Origin: a virus
Reading direction: 5' to 3' (one strand)
Virus record (IMG/VR): IMGVR_UViG_3300031857_011362
Coordinates: 60,443 to 124,442 of that record
DNA length: 64,000 bases
The stretch's first letter is position 1. Every line of letters begins with the position of its first letter. Positions 37,463 through 43,577 of the stretch are shown in pieces. Below the pieces are notes generated by a model. That model saw only the letters and a program-made list of their open reading frames with translations. It made no database searches and was not told the DNA's origin. The position numbers were made by a program, and so were the translations under genes.

Positions 37463-37996
37463 ATGTTAGATAAAATTCAATCTTTAATTGACGCTGGAAA
37501 CACTGTAGTTTATCAATGCATCAGATACAATTATGCTTTTGTAATTGAACGTGTTATTACACCTGATGACAATGATCTATCTATTGGGTTTAAACATCGT
37601 GGCACTTTTACTAGGCCCGAGCAGTCCGCGGGCAAACAAAGTGTTGGCACTATGAAATCAGTGGCAAAAATGTTCTTAGTTCAAACTGGCGAAAAAGAGT
37701 ATGAAGTATTTGATACTGAAAAAAATTATCGTAGCGGCAAACGCATTGAAAAATGTGCTGACTATGATAAAGTTCGTGCTTTATATGAGACACAAGTTGT
37801 TCACACATTCACATTCAAACACAATGTGGGCCGTAAAGTAATTGATCGTTCAATGTCATATATATGTCTGCCTGATACAAAAATCCCAGACCCACTGAAT
37901 GAAAGCAATTTTACGTCAAACTATAATATCAATGATATCATTGATTTTAAGTATCTGGGCACTAAGTCTATCATTGAGCATGAGAACGAAATTTGA
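37463..37996 (+). CDS. Hypothetical protein flanked by identical promoter repeats
   Basis: 177-aa ORF, RBS AAGG. Confidence 0.65.
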   Translation: MLDKIQSLIDAGNTVVYQCIRYNYAFVIERVITPDDNDLSIGFKHRGTFTRPEQSAGKQSVGTMKSVAKMFLVQTGEKEYEVFDTEKNYRSGKRIEKCADYDKVRALYETQVVHTFTFKHNVGRKVIDRSMSYICLPDTKIPDPLNESNFTSNYNINDIIDFKYLGTKSIIEHENEI

Positions 37997-38021
37997 CAAT
38001 AAATGGAGCCTATGATACAAT
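37993..38021 (+). promoter_or_regulatory. sigma70-type early promoter (TTGACAATAAATGG family)
   Basis: TTGACA-N17-TACAAT. Confidence 0.8.
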
Positions 38022-38085
38022 CATAGCATGAGTTGAGAAAAAGAGTTAGTTGGTGAAGTTAGTGATAACGACACAAACAAAGTTC

Positions 38086-38114
38086 TTGACAATAAATGGT
38101 AAAGGTTTTATAAT
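38086..38114 (+). promoter_or_regulatory. sigma70-type early promoter (TTGACAATAAATGG family)
   Basis: TTGACA-N17-TATAAT perfect consensus. Confidence 0.85.
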
Positions 38115-38153
38115 AGACACATAGCAACAAACGATAGAGTCAGTTGTAAAACA

Positions 38154-38169
38154 GTTCTTTAAAATTTAG
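38154..38169 (+). promoter_or_regulatory. boxA-like antitermination motif
   Basis: GTTCTTTAAAATTTAG downstream of a promoter. Confidence 0.55.
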
Positions 38170-38199
38170 AATTCATATATCCCTGTTAAGTTCAGGGCT

Positions 38200-38412
38200 C
38201 TATATGAAAATACATTAAGGTCACCTAATCCGTTAGGTAGGTCTATGAGGTCAGCCGGTGGACGACGCCGGGTCGCATAGGATACAAGAAGCGTACCGAC
38301 AATAGTAATATTGTTTAACGTGACGGGAAGTTAGGCAGTAATGACAGAAACAACGATCCAGTAGACGGTACTGGTAGATACAGTTTAAGTTCCTTAATGT
38401 TTTTTCATATAG
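38200..38412 (+). ncRNA. Stem-closed structured RNA candidate B
   Basis: 20/21-bp closing stem; internal ACCTAA/TTAGGT, CTATG/CATAG, CCGG/CCGG, ACAAT/ATTGT, CCAGTA/TACTGG. Confidence 0.6.
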
Positions 38413-38415
38413 TGT

Positions 38416-38570
38416 AAAACTATTATTAAGTGTTATCAAGGTATCGTGTATGGACCCATACACTATTCGGGCCTAACTGTGCGAGGAACAGGTCCTGATA
38501 TAACTGCTATTCGCTTGTCAGTGCTAGCTACATTTTTGACAAATTGGTAGATAATACTTAATAATATTTT
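38416..38570 (+). ncRNA. Stem-closed structured RNA candidate C
   Basis: 17+4-bp closing stem; internal GTGTATG/CATACAC, GGGCCT/AGGTCC, TTGTCA/TGACAA. Confidence 0.55.
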
Positions 38571-38573
38571 TAT

Positions 38574-38649
38574 GCTCGGTTCATCTAGCGGCCTAGGATA
38601 GTGCCCTTTCACGGCATTCACACGGGTTCAAATCCCGTACCGAGCTCCA
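38574..38649 (+). tRNA. trnE: tRNA-Glu(TTC)
   Basis: Cloverleaf, loop CTTTCAC, CCA. Confidence 0.94.
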
Positions 38650-38924
38650 GTATCCCGTTACTACTTTCGTTAAAGTAGCGTTTGATTAGCGATAGAGATC
38701 CGGTGGCAGAAAACCGTAAGCGCAAGCGATGAATCACATCCTGCAGGCTCTGATAGGCAGAATCTCAACTGCACACAGACTTTGAATAAATGGAGATGGA
38801 CAGAGTAACTGCTCAATTAAGGGCTTGTGTGGAAACAAGTAGCTTATACTAATTTTTTGAGTTACATCGCCCTGATACTTCTCTCAGTAATGAGACACTA
38901 GGTCTTGCAACCGTAACTCATCTT

Positions 38925-39010
38925 GGAGATGTAGGAAAATTGGTAACCCCAGGAGACTGTAAATCTTCCGCCTTATGGCACTACTGGTTCAACTCCAGTC
39001 GTCTCCACCA
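38925..39010 (+). tRNA. trnY: tRNA-Tyr(GTA)
   Basis: Long variable arm, loop CTGTAAA, CCA. Confidence 0.94.
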
Positions 39011-39017
39011 AGAATAT

Positions 39018-39094
39018 GCACCGTTAGCGCAGTTGGTTAGCGCACCGCCCTGTCACGGCGGGGGTCAGGGGTTCGAGTCCCCTACGGTGCGCCA
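39018..39094 (+). tRNA. trnD: tRNA-Asp(GTC)
   Basis: Cloverleaf, loop CTGTCAC, CCA. Confidence 0.95.
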
Positions 39095-39097
39095 AGT

Positions 39098-39303
39098 TTT
39101 GTTAGAGTGTTAGCAAGAGAAAGACACACTACTATGGATTCTTCGAAGGTCCTTGTAGTGTAGAGCAGAGAGCGGGGTCAGTACCCGTCTAAGAGCATAA
39201 TGGAATGCACTGGTTAAGTATCCCAAGTGACGTACCGAGTCCCGGTCGACTTTATTACACGGGTGAATGATGTCTATAACTATGGAGATATTACTTTAAC
39301 AAA
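39098..39303 (+). ncRNA. Stem-closed structured RNA candidate D
   Basis: 12-bp closing stem TTTGTTAGAGTG/TACTTTAACAAA; internal ACACTAC/GTAGTGT with CTTCGAAG hairpin, GCGGG/CCCGT. Confidence 0.5.
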
Positions 39304-39311
39304 TTTAATAT

Positions 39312-39399
39312 GGAGTATTGGCCGAGCGGTTAAGGCAATGGATTGCTAATCCATCACTGGGCAACCGGTGGGTAGGTTCGATTCCTACATACTCCGCCA
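39312..39399 (+). tRNA. trnS: tRNA-Ser(GCT)
   Basis: Long variable arm, loop TTGCTAA, G73, CCA. Confidence 0.95.
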
Positions 39400-39403
39400 G
39401 AAC

Positions 39404-40194
39404 GTTCTGAGTGTCTCCGGATACTGTGACCCGCAAAGTAGTAGTATGACCCGTTAGGCATAAATAATAGTATGAAAGAATACTATGTTTATGCCTATTT
39501 GAGAGAAGACGGAACTCCTTACTATATTGGTAAAGGTAAAGAAAGACGTGCCTGGGAGCAACATCGTTCTAACGGAAAAGGAGTTCATACTCCATCTGAT
39601 TATAAACGAATAGTGTTATTATATGAAGATTTAGATGAACCCGCCGCATTTAATTTAGAAACTGAATTGATTTCAAAGTATGGAAGACAAGATTTAGGAA
39701 CAGGTATATTAAAAAATATGACCAATGGTGGCGAAGGATCTGCAGGAACTTCACCAGAAACTAATTGGAAAAAAGGTAGTTCGAAAAGAAGTAAAACGAC
39801 TAGTAGTAAAACTAGACAAAAAATAAGCAAAGCAAATAAAAATCGTGATTACCCAAACAATCATACCGAGGAAGTTAGACAAAAGTTAAGCGAGACAACA
39901 AAGAAATCTTGGGAAACAAGACCGAGAACAATGTCCGAAGAACAAAAGAAAAAGATATCAGACGCCGCAAAAGAACGCTGGCGTTTGAGGAAGAACCCGC
40001 CCAGGTAACGCTGGGCTAGTCTGATCCAGACGAAGGAGAAGTAAGTTCGTAACTTACGGGTGGTAGTCTTTAAACCCAAAGGCCGCTGGCAATGCGAGAA
40101 CGGTCCCTGTCGGGAAGCGGGTGGAAGGAGTGTGTGATGGGTATGATAGCGTCATATCTTTCTGTACTATAATTACCGCCGGGGGATGCAGAGC
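39404..40194 (+). ncRNA. Large ornate RNA candidate enclosing a GIY-YIG ORF
   Basis: 5' GTTCTG-A-GTGTCTCCGG pairs with 3' CCGGGGGATGC-AGAGC; many GC-rich hairpins at 39995-40194. Confidence 0.5.
39472..40008 (+). CDS. GIY-YIG homing endonuclease with NUMOD3-like repeats
   Basis: YVYAY..TPYYIGKG, LETELI, NMTNGGEG, repeated S.E.KKKIS; own CATAAATA late motif. Confidence 0.88.
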   Translation: MKEYYVYAYLREDGTPYYIGKGKERRAWEQHRSNGKGVHTPSDYKRIVLLYEDLDEPAAFNLETELISKYGRQDLGTGILKNMTNGGEGSAGTSPETNWKKGSSKRSKTTSSKTRQKISKANKNRDYPNNHTEEVRQKLSETTKKSWETRPRTMSEEQKKKISDAAKERWRLRKNPPR

Positions 40195-40278
40195 ATATTG
40201 AAGCACATTAAAGATAGGGTAGTAGCGGTTCATATGAACCTTAGTACATACCGAGGTAGTTAGTGTGTTTCAATATGC
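40193..40278 (+). ncRNA. Stem-closed structured RNA candidate F
   Basis: 18-bp stem GCATATTGAAGCACATTA/TAGTGTGTTTCAATATGC. Confidence 0.55.
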
Positions 40279-40284
40279 TTTTAT

Positions 40285-40360
40285 GTAGGTGTGTACTGAA
40301 AGGCTAGGTAGCGGATTGCAAATCCGTGCTATGCAGGTTCGAATCCTGTCACCTACTCCA
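40285..40360 (+). tRNA. trnC: tRNA-Cys(GCA)
   Basis: Cloverleaf, loop TTGCAAA, U73, CCA. Confidence 0.93.
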
Positions 40361-40463
40361 AATTTTTTAACAAAGGAAACGATATGAAGCGCAGTAAGCG
40401 ATAGTGTCGTCATAGACTTCCGTAGGTCTATGATTGGCACGTAAAATCAAACATACGACTTAT

Positions 40464-40540
40464 GGAAGTATAGCTCAACTGGCTAGAGCAACCGGCTTTT
40501 AACCGGTAGGTTCAGGGTTCAAGTCCCTGTGCTTCTACCA
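40464..40540 (+). tRNA. trnK: tRNA-Lys(TTT)
   Basis: Cloverleaf, loop CTTTTAA, CCA. Confidence 0.95.
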
Positions 40541-40615
40541 TATAAAAACATATTTGACTAAACTCGGGTTCATCCGTGATAGTAATTGCTACTATATCAA
40601 GTGTGTTTCTATATG
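40539..40615 (+). ncRNA. Stem-closed structured RNA candidate G
   Basis: 16/17-bp stem CATATAAAAACATATTT/AAGTGTGTTTCTATATG enclosing two hairpins. Confidence 0.5.
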
Positions 40616-40629
40616 GTATAAATATTTAC

Positions 40630-40818
40630 ATGATAGTTCAATCGATTCATAGCTCTTGGGATATGGTGTACAACCAATATCGCAATACAGAGTTTAAAAC
40701 TCTTGTAGACCCAGTGTCTCATAAGAAAATAATAGAGATTGTTCAATACCTTTATGATAAGACGGGTCAAATAGAACCCACTAATACTAAAGGAAACAAT
40801 GTTGATACCAAAGCGTAA
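40630..40818 (+). CDS. Small hypothetical protein
   Basis: 62-aa ORF directly after TATAAATA motif. Confidence 0.45.
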   Translation: MIVQSIHSSWDMVYNQYRNTEFKTLVDPVSHKKIIEIVQYLYDKTGQIEPTNTKGNNVDTKA

Positions 40819-40821
40819 TAT

Positions 40822-40897
40822 ATCTCGGTAGCTCAATTGGCAGAGCACTGGTCTCCAAAACCAGGGGTTGTAAGTTCGAGGCTTACCCGGGATGCCA
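40822..40897 (+). tRNA. trnW: tRNA-Trp(CCA)
   Basis: Cloverleaf, loop CTCCAAA, G73, CCA. Confidence 0.94.
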
Positions 40898-40905
40898 AAA
40901 ATATT

Positions 40906-40998
40906 GCCCCTGTAGTTTAATGGTTAAAACGGCGGATTTATATCCCGTAAGCAACAGATAATTGGTTCATGTGGGTTCGATTCCCTCCAGGGGTACCA
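40906..40998 (+). tRNA. Atypical 93-nt tRNA with TAT anticodon (Ile?) and 22-nt variable region
   Basis: Acceptor GCCCCTG/CAGGGGT, D arm GTTT/AAAC, loop TTTATAT, T loop TTCGATT, CCA. Confidence 0.75.
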
Positions 40999-41004
40999 AA
41001 CAGT

Positions 41005-41033
41005 TTGACAACATGTAGCAAGTGCTATATAAT
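41005..41033 (+). promoter_or_regulatory. sigma70-type promoter
   Basis: TTGACA-N17-TATAAT. Confidence 0.8.
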
Positions 41034-41044
41034 AAAAGAATGTT

Positions 41045-41121
41045 GCGCTTGTAGCTCAGTTGGTTAGAGCAGAGGACTCATAATCCTTTGGTCGCGGGTT
41101 CAAGTCCCTCCGAGCGCACCA
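41045..41121 (+). tRNA. trnI: tRNA(CAT), probably Ile2 (lysidine type)
   Basis: Loop CTCATAA, C4:G69, overall resemblance to ileX-type tRNAs. Confidence 0.8.
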
Positions 41122-41124
41122 ATT

Positions 41125-41287
41125 ATAATGAGCGTATGAATTCCATTGCATCATTGACATTAGTGAAAAACTTCATTGTCAATTCGTGATTATAAATATC
41201 ACGTGAAAAGATGTAACAGGCGTCATCACTCATTGATAAGTGAATGTGCAGTCCTGATCTAGTGATAGCGTCATACGTGTGCATTAT
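41125..41287 (+). ncRNA. Multibranched structured RNA candidate
   Basis: ATAATG..CGTATGA / TCATACG..CATTAT closure; TGCATC/GATGTA junction with ATTGACA/TGTCAAT and CGTGAT/ATCACG. Confidence 0.5.
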
Positions 41288-41297
41288 GTATTTATAT

Positions 41298-41371
41298 GCG
41301 GGGTTCGTATAGTGGTAATACCTTAGCCTTCCAAGCTAATGCTGACAGTTCGATTCTGTTACCCCGCTCCA
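41298..41371 (+). tRNA. trnG: tRNA-Gly(TCC)
   Basis: Cloverleaf, loop CTTCCAA, U73, CCA. Confidence 0.95.
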
Positions 41372-41379
41372 ATAACAAG

Positions 41380-41435
41380 GCCCAGACCTCTGTGATAACT
41401 AACCGGTAAATGGTTATCATACGTCTGAGTTTTTC
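41380..41435 (+). terminator. Extended hairpin with U-tail
   Basis: CAGAC/GTCTG and TGATAAC/GTTATCA stems followed by T run. Confidence 0.45.
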
Positions 41436-41449
41436 TTACCCTAATATAG

Positions 41450-41498
41450 TTGACAGATATGTATTTCTCTGTTATACTATAGTCTGTTCTTTAAAAAG
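41450..41498 (+). promoter_or_regulatory. sigma70 promoter followed by boxA-like motif
   Basis: TTGACA-N17-TATACT then TGTTCTTTAAAAAG (41485-41498). Confidence 0.7.
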
Positions 41499-41503
41499 TT
41501 AAT

Positions 41504-41587
41504 GCGCAAGTGGTGGAATGGTATACACGATGGTCTTAGAAGCCATTGCCGAAGGGATTGAGAGTTCGAGTCTCTCCTTGCGCACCA
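41504..41587 (+). tRNA. trnL: tRNA-Leu(TAG)
   Basis: Long variable arm, loop CTTAGAA, CCA. Confidence 0.94.
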
Positions 41588-41592
41588 ATATT

Positions 41593-41757
41593 ATGATAAC
41601 AGAATACAAAGTTATAAACGCTACATATGAAGAATTTCATAAAGAAGTAGCAAAGTTATTGTCTGAAGGCTGGCAACCGCAAGGTGGTGTTAGTGTAGTT
41701 CGTAGTTGGTATAGTAATGATCCAACAACTTATTACTTTCAGGCATTTGTTAGATGA
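41593..41757 (+). CDS. Small hypothetical protein (DUF1737-like)
   Basis: V..LL.EGW.PQGGVS..YFQA motif. Confidence 0.55.
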   Translation: MITEYKVINATYEEFHKEVAKLLSEGWQPQGGVSVVRSWYSNDPTTYYFQAFVR

Positions 41758-41807
41758 TTTTAACTGAAAATTTCGTCTACCGCATAAATACATCATAGGA
41801 GACTATT

Positions 41808-42410
41808 ATGTATTGTGATTATGGATGCGGTCAAGAATCATCTTTCAAATTGAAGAATGGTAAAAATTGTTGTGCTACGAGAACAGCAAGTTGCCCTGAA
41901 CAAAAAAGAAAAAATTCAGAAGCAACAAAGAAAGTTTATGATGACGGTAAGAGATTACCGGCAGCTCTGGTATATGAAAATTTATCAGAAGAAGTTAAAA
42001 AACGAATGAATTGGAATAAGGGAAACTTTTCTAATACATTGTTTGTTTATAATGGTGTAGGTAATCATAAAGCTGTGTTGATTCAAGAAAAAGGTCACCA
42101 GTGTGAAGATTGTAGATTGACTGAATGGAAATCTAAACCTATACCGTTAGAGTTAGAACATGTTGATGGTGACAACAAAAATAACACAAGAGAAAATCTT
42201 AAGTTGTTATGTTGTAATTGTCATGCTTTGACTCCAACTTGGAGAGGTAGAAATATTAATTCAGGTAAAGTTAAAGTAAGTGACCAAGAACTATTGACAG
42301 CATTGCAAGAATGTAGTAATATACGTCAAGCATTGCAGAAAGTGGGGTTATCTCCGAAAGGTGGTAACTACCAAAGAGCAAATAAATTAAATGCGACCTT
42401 GGTGAAATAG
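41808..42410 (+). CDS. HNH endonuclease overlapping tRNA-Leu 5' end
   Basis: CEDC..LELEHVDGD..NN..ENL..LCCNCHA; RBS AGGAG; CATAAATA upstream. Confidence 0.9.
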   Translation: MYCDYGCGQESSFKLKNGKNCCATRTASCPEQKRKNSEATKKVYDDGKRLPAALVYENLSEEVKKRMNWNKGNFSNTLFVYNGVGNHKAVLIQEKGHQCEDCRLTEWKSKPIPLELEHVDGDNKNNTRENLKLLCCNCHALTPTWRGRNINSGKVKVSDQELLTALQECSNIRQALQKVGLSPKGGNYQRANKLNATLVK

Positions 42411-42690
42411 GTAGACACAAGAGACTTGAGAGTAAAATTTGAGTGCCCTAGTGGAAATGCTAGGAGTAGAACCCGTCAAATTCGGTGAAGGCTGTAAAAT
42501 GCTAATACCGAGCGAAGCCTAAGTAGAAATACTTTTGAACGTGTAGAGACTAGACGGCGGGCATCTAAAGCAGTAATGCTATGATGAAGGTATAGTCCAG
42601 ACCACAAAACTGTAAAGGTAGTGAAAACTATAGTGGTAAGAAAATCTCTCGCCGAAAGGCATCCCGGTTCGATTCCGGGAGGTCGCACCA
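42393..42690 (+). tRNA. trnL: tRNA-Leu(TAA) interrupted by a group I intron (exons 42393-42427, 42641-42690)
   Basis: Spliced arm AGAGA-CTT^AAAA-TCTCT, acceptor GCGACCT/AGGTCGC, long variable arm, CCA. Confidence 0.92.
42428..42640 (+). mobile_element. Group I self-splicing intron (trnL-UAA/IC3-like), 213 nt, no ORF
   Basis: P1 CTT/GAG with U-G, P2 CCTAG/CTAGG, P3 CCGTC/GACGG, P4 TTCGGT/ACCGAG, P7 GACTA/TAGTC, terminal G. Confidence 0.92.
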
Positions 42691-42696
42691 GAATTT

Positions 42697-42770
42697 GGGG
42701 GATTGATGTAATGGGAGCCTGGGACCTTTGCAAGGTTTTCGTGGGAGTTCGATTCTCCCATCCTCCACCA
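42697..42770 (+). tRNA. trnA: tRNA-Ala(TGC)
   Basis: G3:U70 pair, loop TTTGCAA, CCA. Confidence 0.92.
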
Positions 42771-42801
42771 AATACGATAAATACTGCATAGAGGAAACAA
42801 T

Positions 42802-42975
42802 ATGCAATTAAAAGTCTTTATCAATGATAAACTGTATAAAACGGTAACAGTACCGGGAGAAACATATAATCCTAATTTCATCTGGCCTGAAATAGAAGCT
42901 GACAGAGATTCAGGATTATTGACAACATTTAATCTAAACAAAGGTTTATCAATTCGCTACGAAAAAGTAGCATAA
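42802..42975 (+). CDS. Small hypothetical protein
   Basis: RBS GAGG, 57 aa, GATAAATA upstream. Confidence 0.5.
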   Translation: MQLKVFINDKLYKTVTVPGETYNPNFIWPEIEADRDSGLLTTFNLNKGLSIRYEKVA

Positions 42976-42982
42976 CAGTTTA

Positions 42983-43058
42983 CGCGGGGAGGGCCCGGTC
43001 ACCACTTCGGTCTCATAAGCCAGGAGCATCGGCAGTTCAAATCTGTCCCCCGCATCCA
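42983..43058 (+). tRNA. trnM: Divergent initiator-like tRNA-fMet(CAT)
   Basis: CGCGGGG/CCCCGCA with C1:A72 mismatch, loop CTCATAA, aberrant D arm, CCA. Confidence 0.75.
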
Positions 43059-43072
43059 AATAGGAAAATTAT

Positions 43073-43222
43073 ATGCCAATGTATGAAACGACAGTTCGCA
43101 CACCACAGGGTGAAATTAAAGATAAAGTCTTTGCACCAAATGTACAAGAAGCTAAAAAGCTACTTGAACAACGTCATGGTCCACGAAACGTTCCATATAT
43201 ACCGCATATAATACCAAGTTAA
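43073..43222 (+). CDS. Small hypothetical protein
   Basis: RBS AGGA, 49 aa. Confidence 0.5.
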   Translation: MPMYETTVRTPQGEIKDKVFAPNVQEAKKLLEQRHGPRNVPYIPHIIPS

Positions 43223-43224
43223 TT

Positions 43225-43301
43225 CGGAGTGTAGAACAGCCCGGTAGTTCGCATCGTTTGGGACGATGAGGTCCAAGGTTCGAATCCTTGTACTCCGACC
43301 A
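43225..43301 (+). tRNA. trnP: tRNA-Pro(TGG)
   Basis: Cloverleaf, loop TTTGGGA, CCA. Confidence 0.95.
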
Positions 43302-43324
43302 ATTTTTTAAAAAGGAAAAATAGT

Positions 43325-43486
43325 ATGACATGTAGAGGTTATGACCCAAAAGCCGTTAAAATCGGTAAGTTAGTAAAGATAGCAGGATCTTCGATTCTTG
43401 ATCCACACAAACGTGGTGATTTTTTTCGTAGCTATACTAAGGTTGCGCAAGAAAATTTGCGTTCCGGTGGTAGAAAAGAAAAGTAA
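43325..43486 (+). CDS. Small basic hypothetical protein
   Basis: RBS AAGGA, 53 aa. Confidence 0.5.
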   Translation: MTCRGYDPKAVKIGKLVKIAGSSILDPHKRGDFFRSYTKVAQENLRSGGRKEK

Positions 43487-43496
43487 TTTTTAAAAG

Positions 43497-43571
43497 GCAT
43501 CGTTAGCTCAGGGGTAGAGCGTCTCCTTTACACGGAGAGGGTCCGCGGTTCGAAACCGTGACGATGTACCA
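43497..43571 (+). tRNA. trnV: tRNA-Val(TAC)
   Basis: Cloverleaf, loop TTTACAC, CCA. Confidence 0.95.
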
Positions 43572-43577
43572 AATACA

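Noticed and set aside
39404-40194. RNase P RNA, tmRNA or group I/II intron identity for the large RNA
   Set aside because: No GAGGAAAGUCC core, no tRNA-like ends with tag ORF, no P7 pair or domain V, and no interrupted host gene
40936-40943. Reading the atypical tRNA as an ochre suppressor (TTA)
   Set aside because: Needs a shifted register with A32 and pyrimidine 37; the canonical 7-nt loop gives TAT
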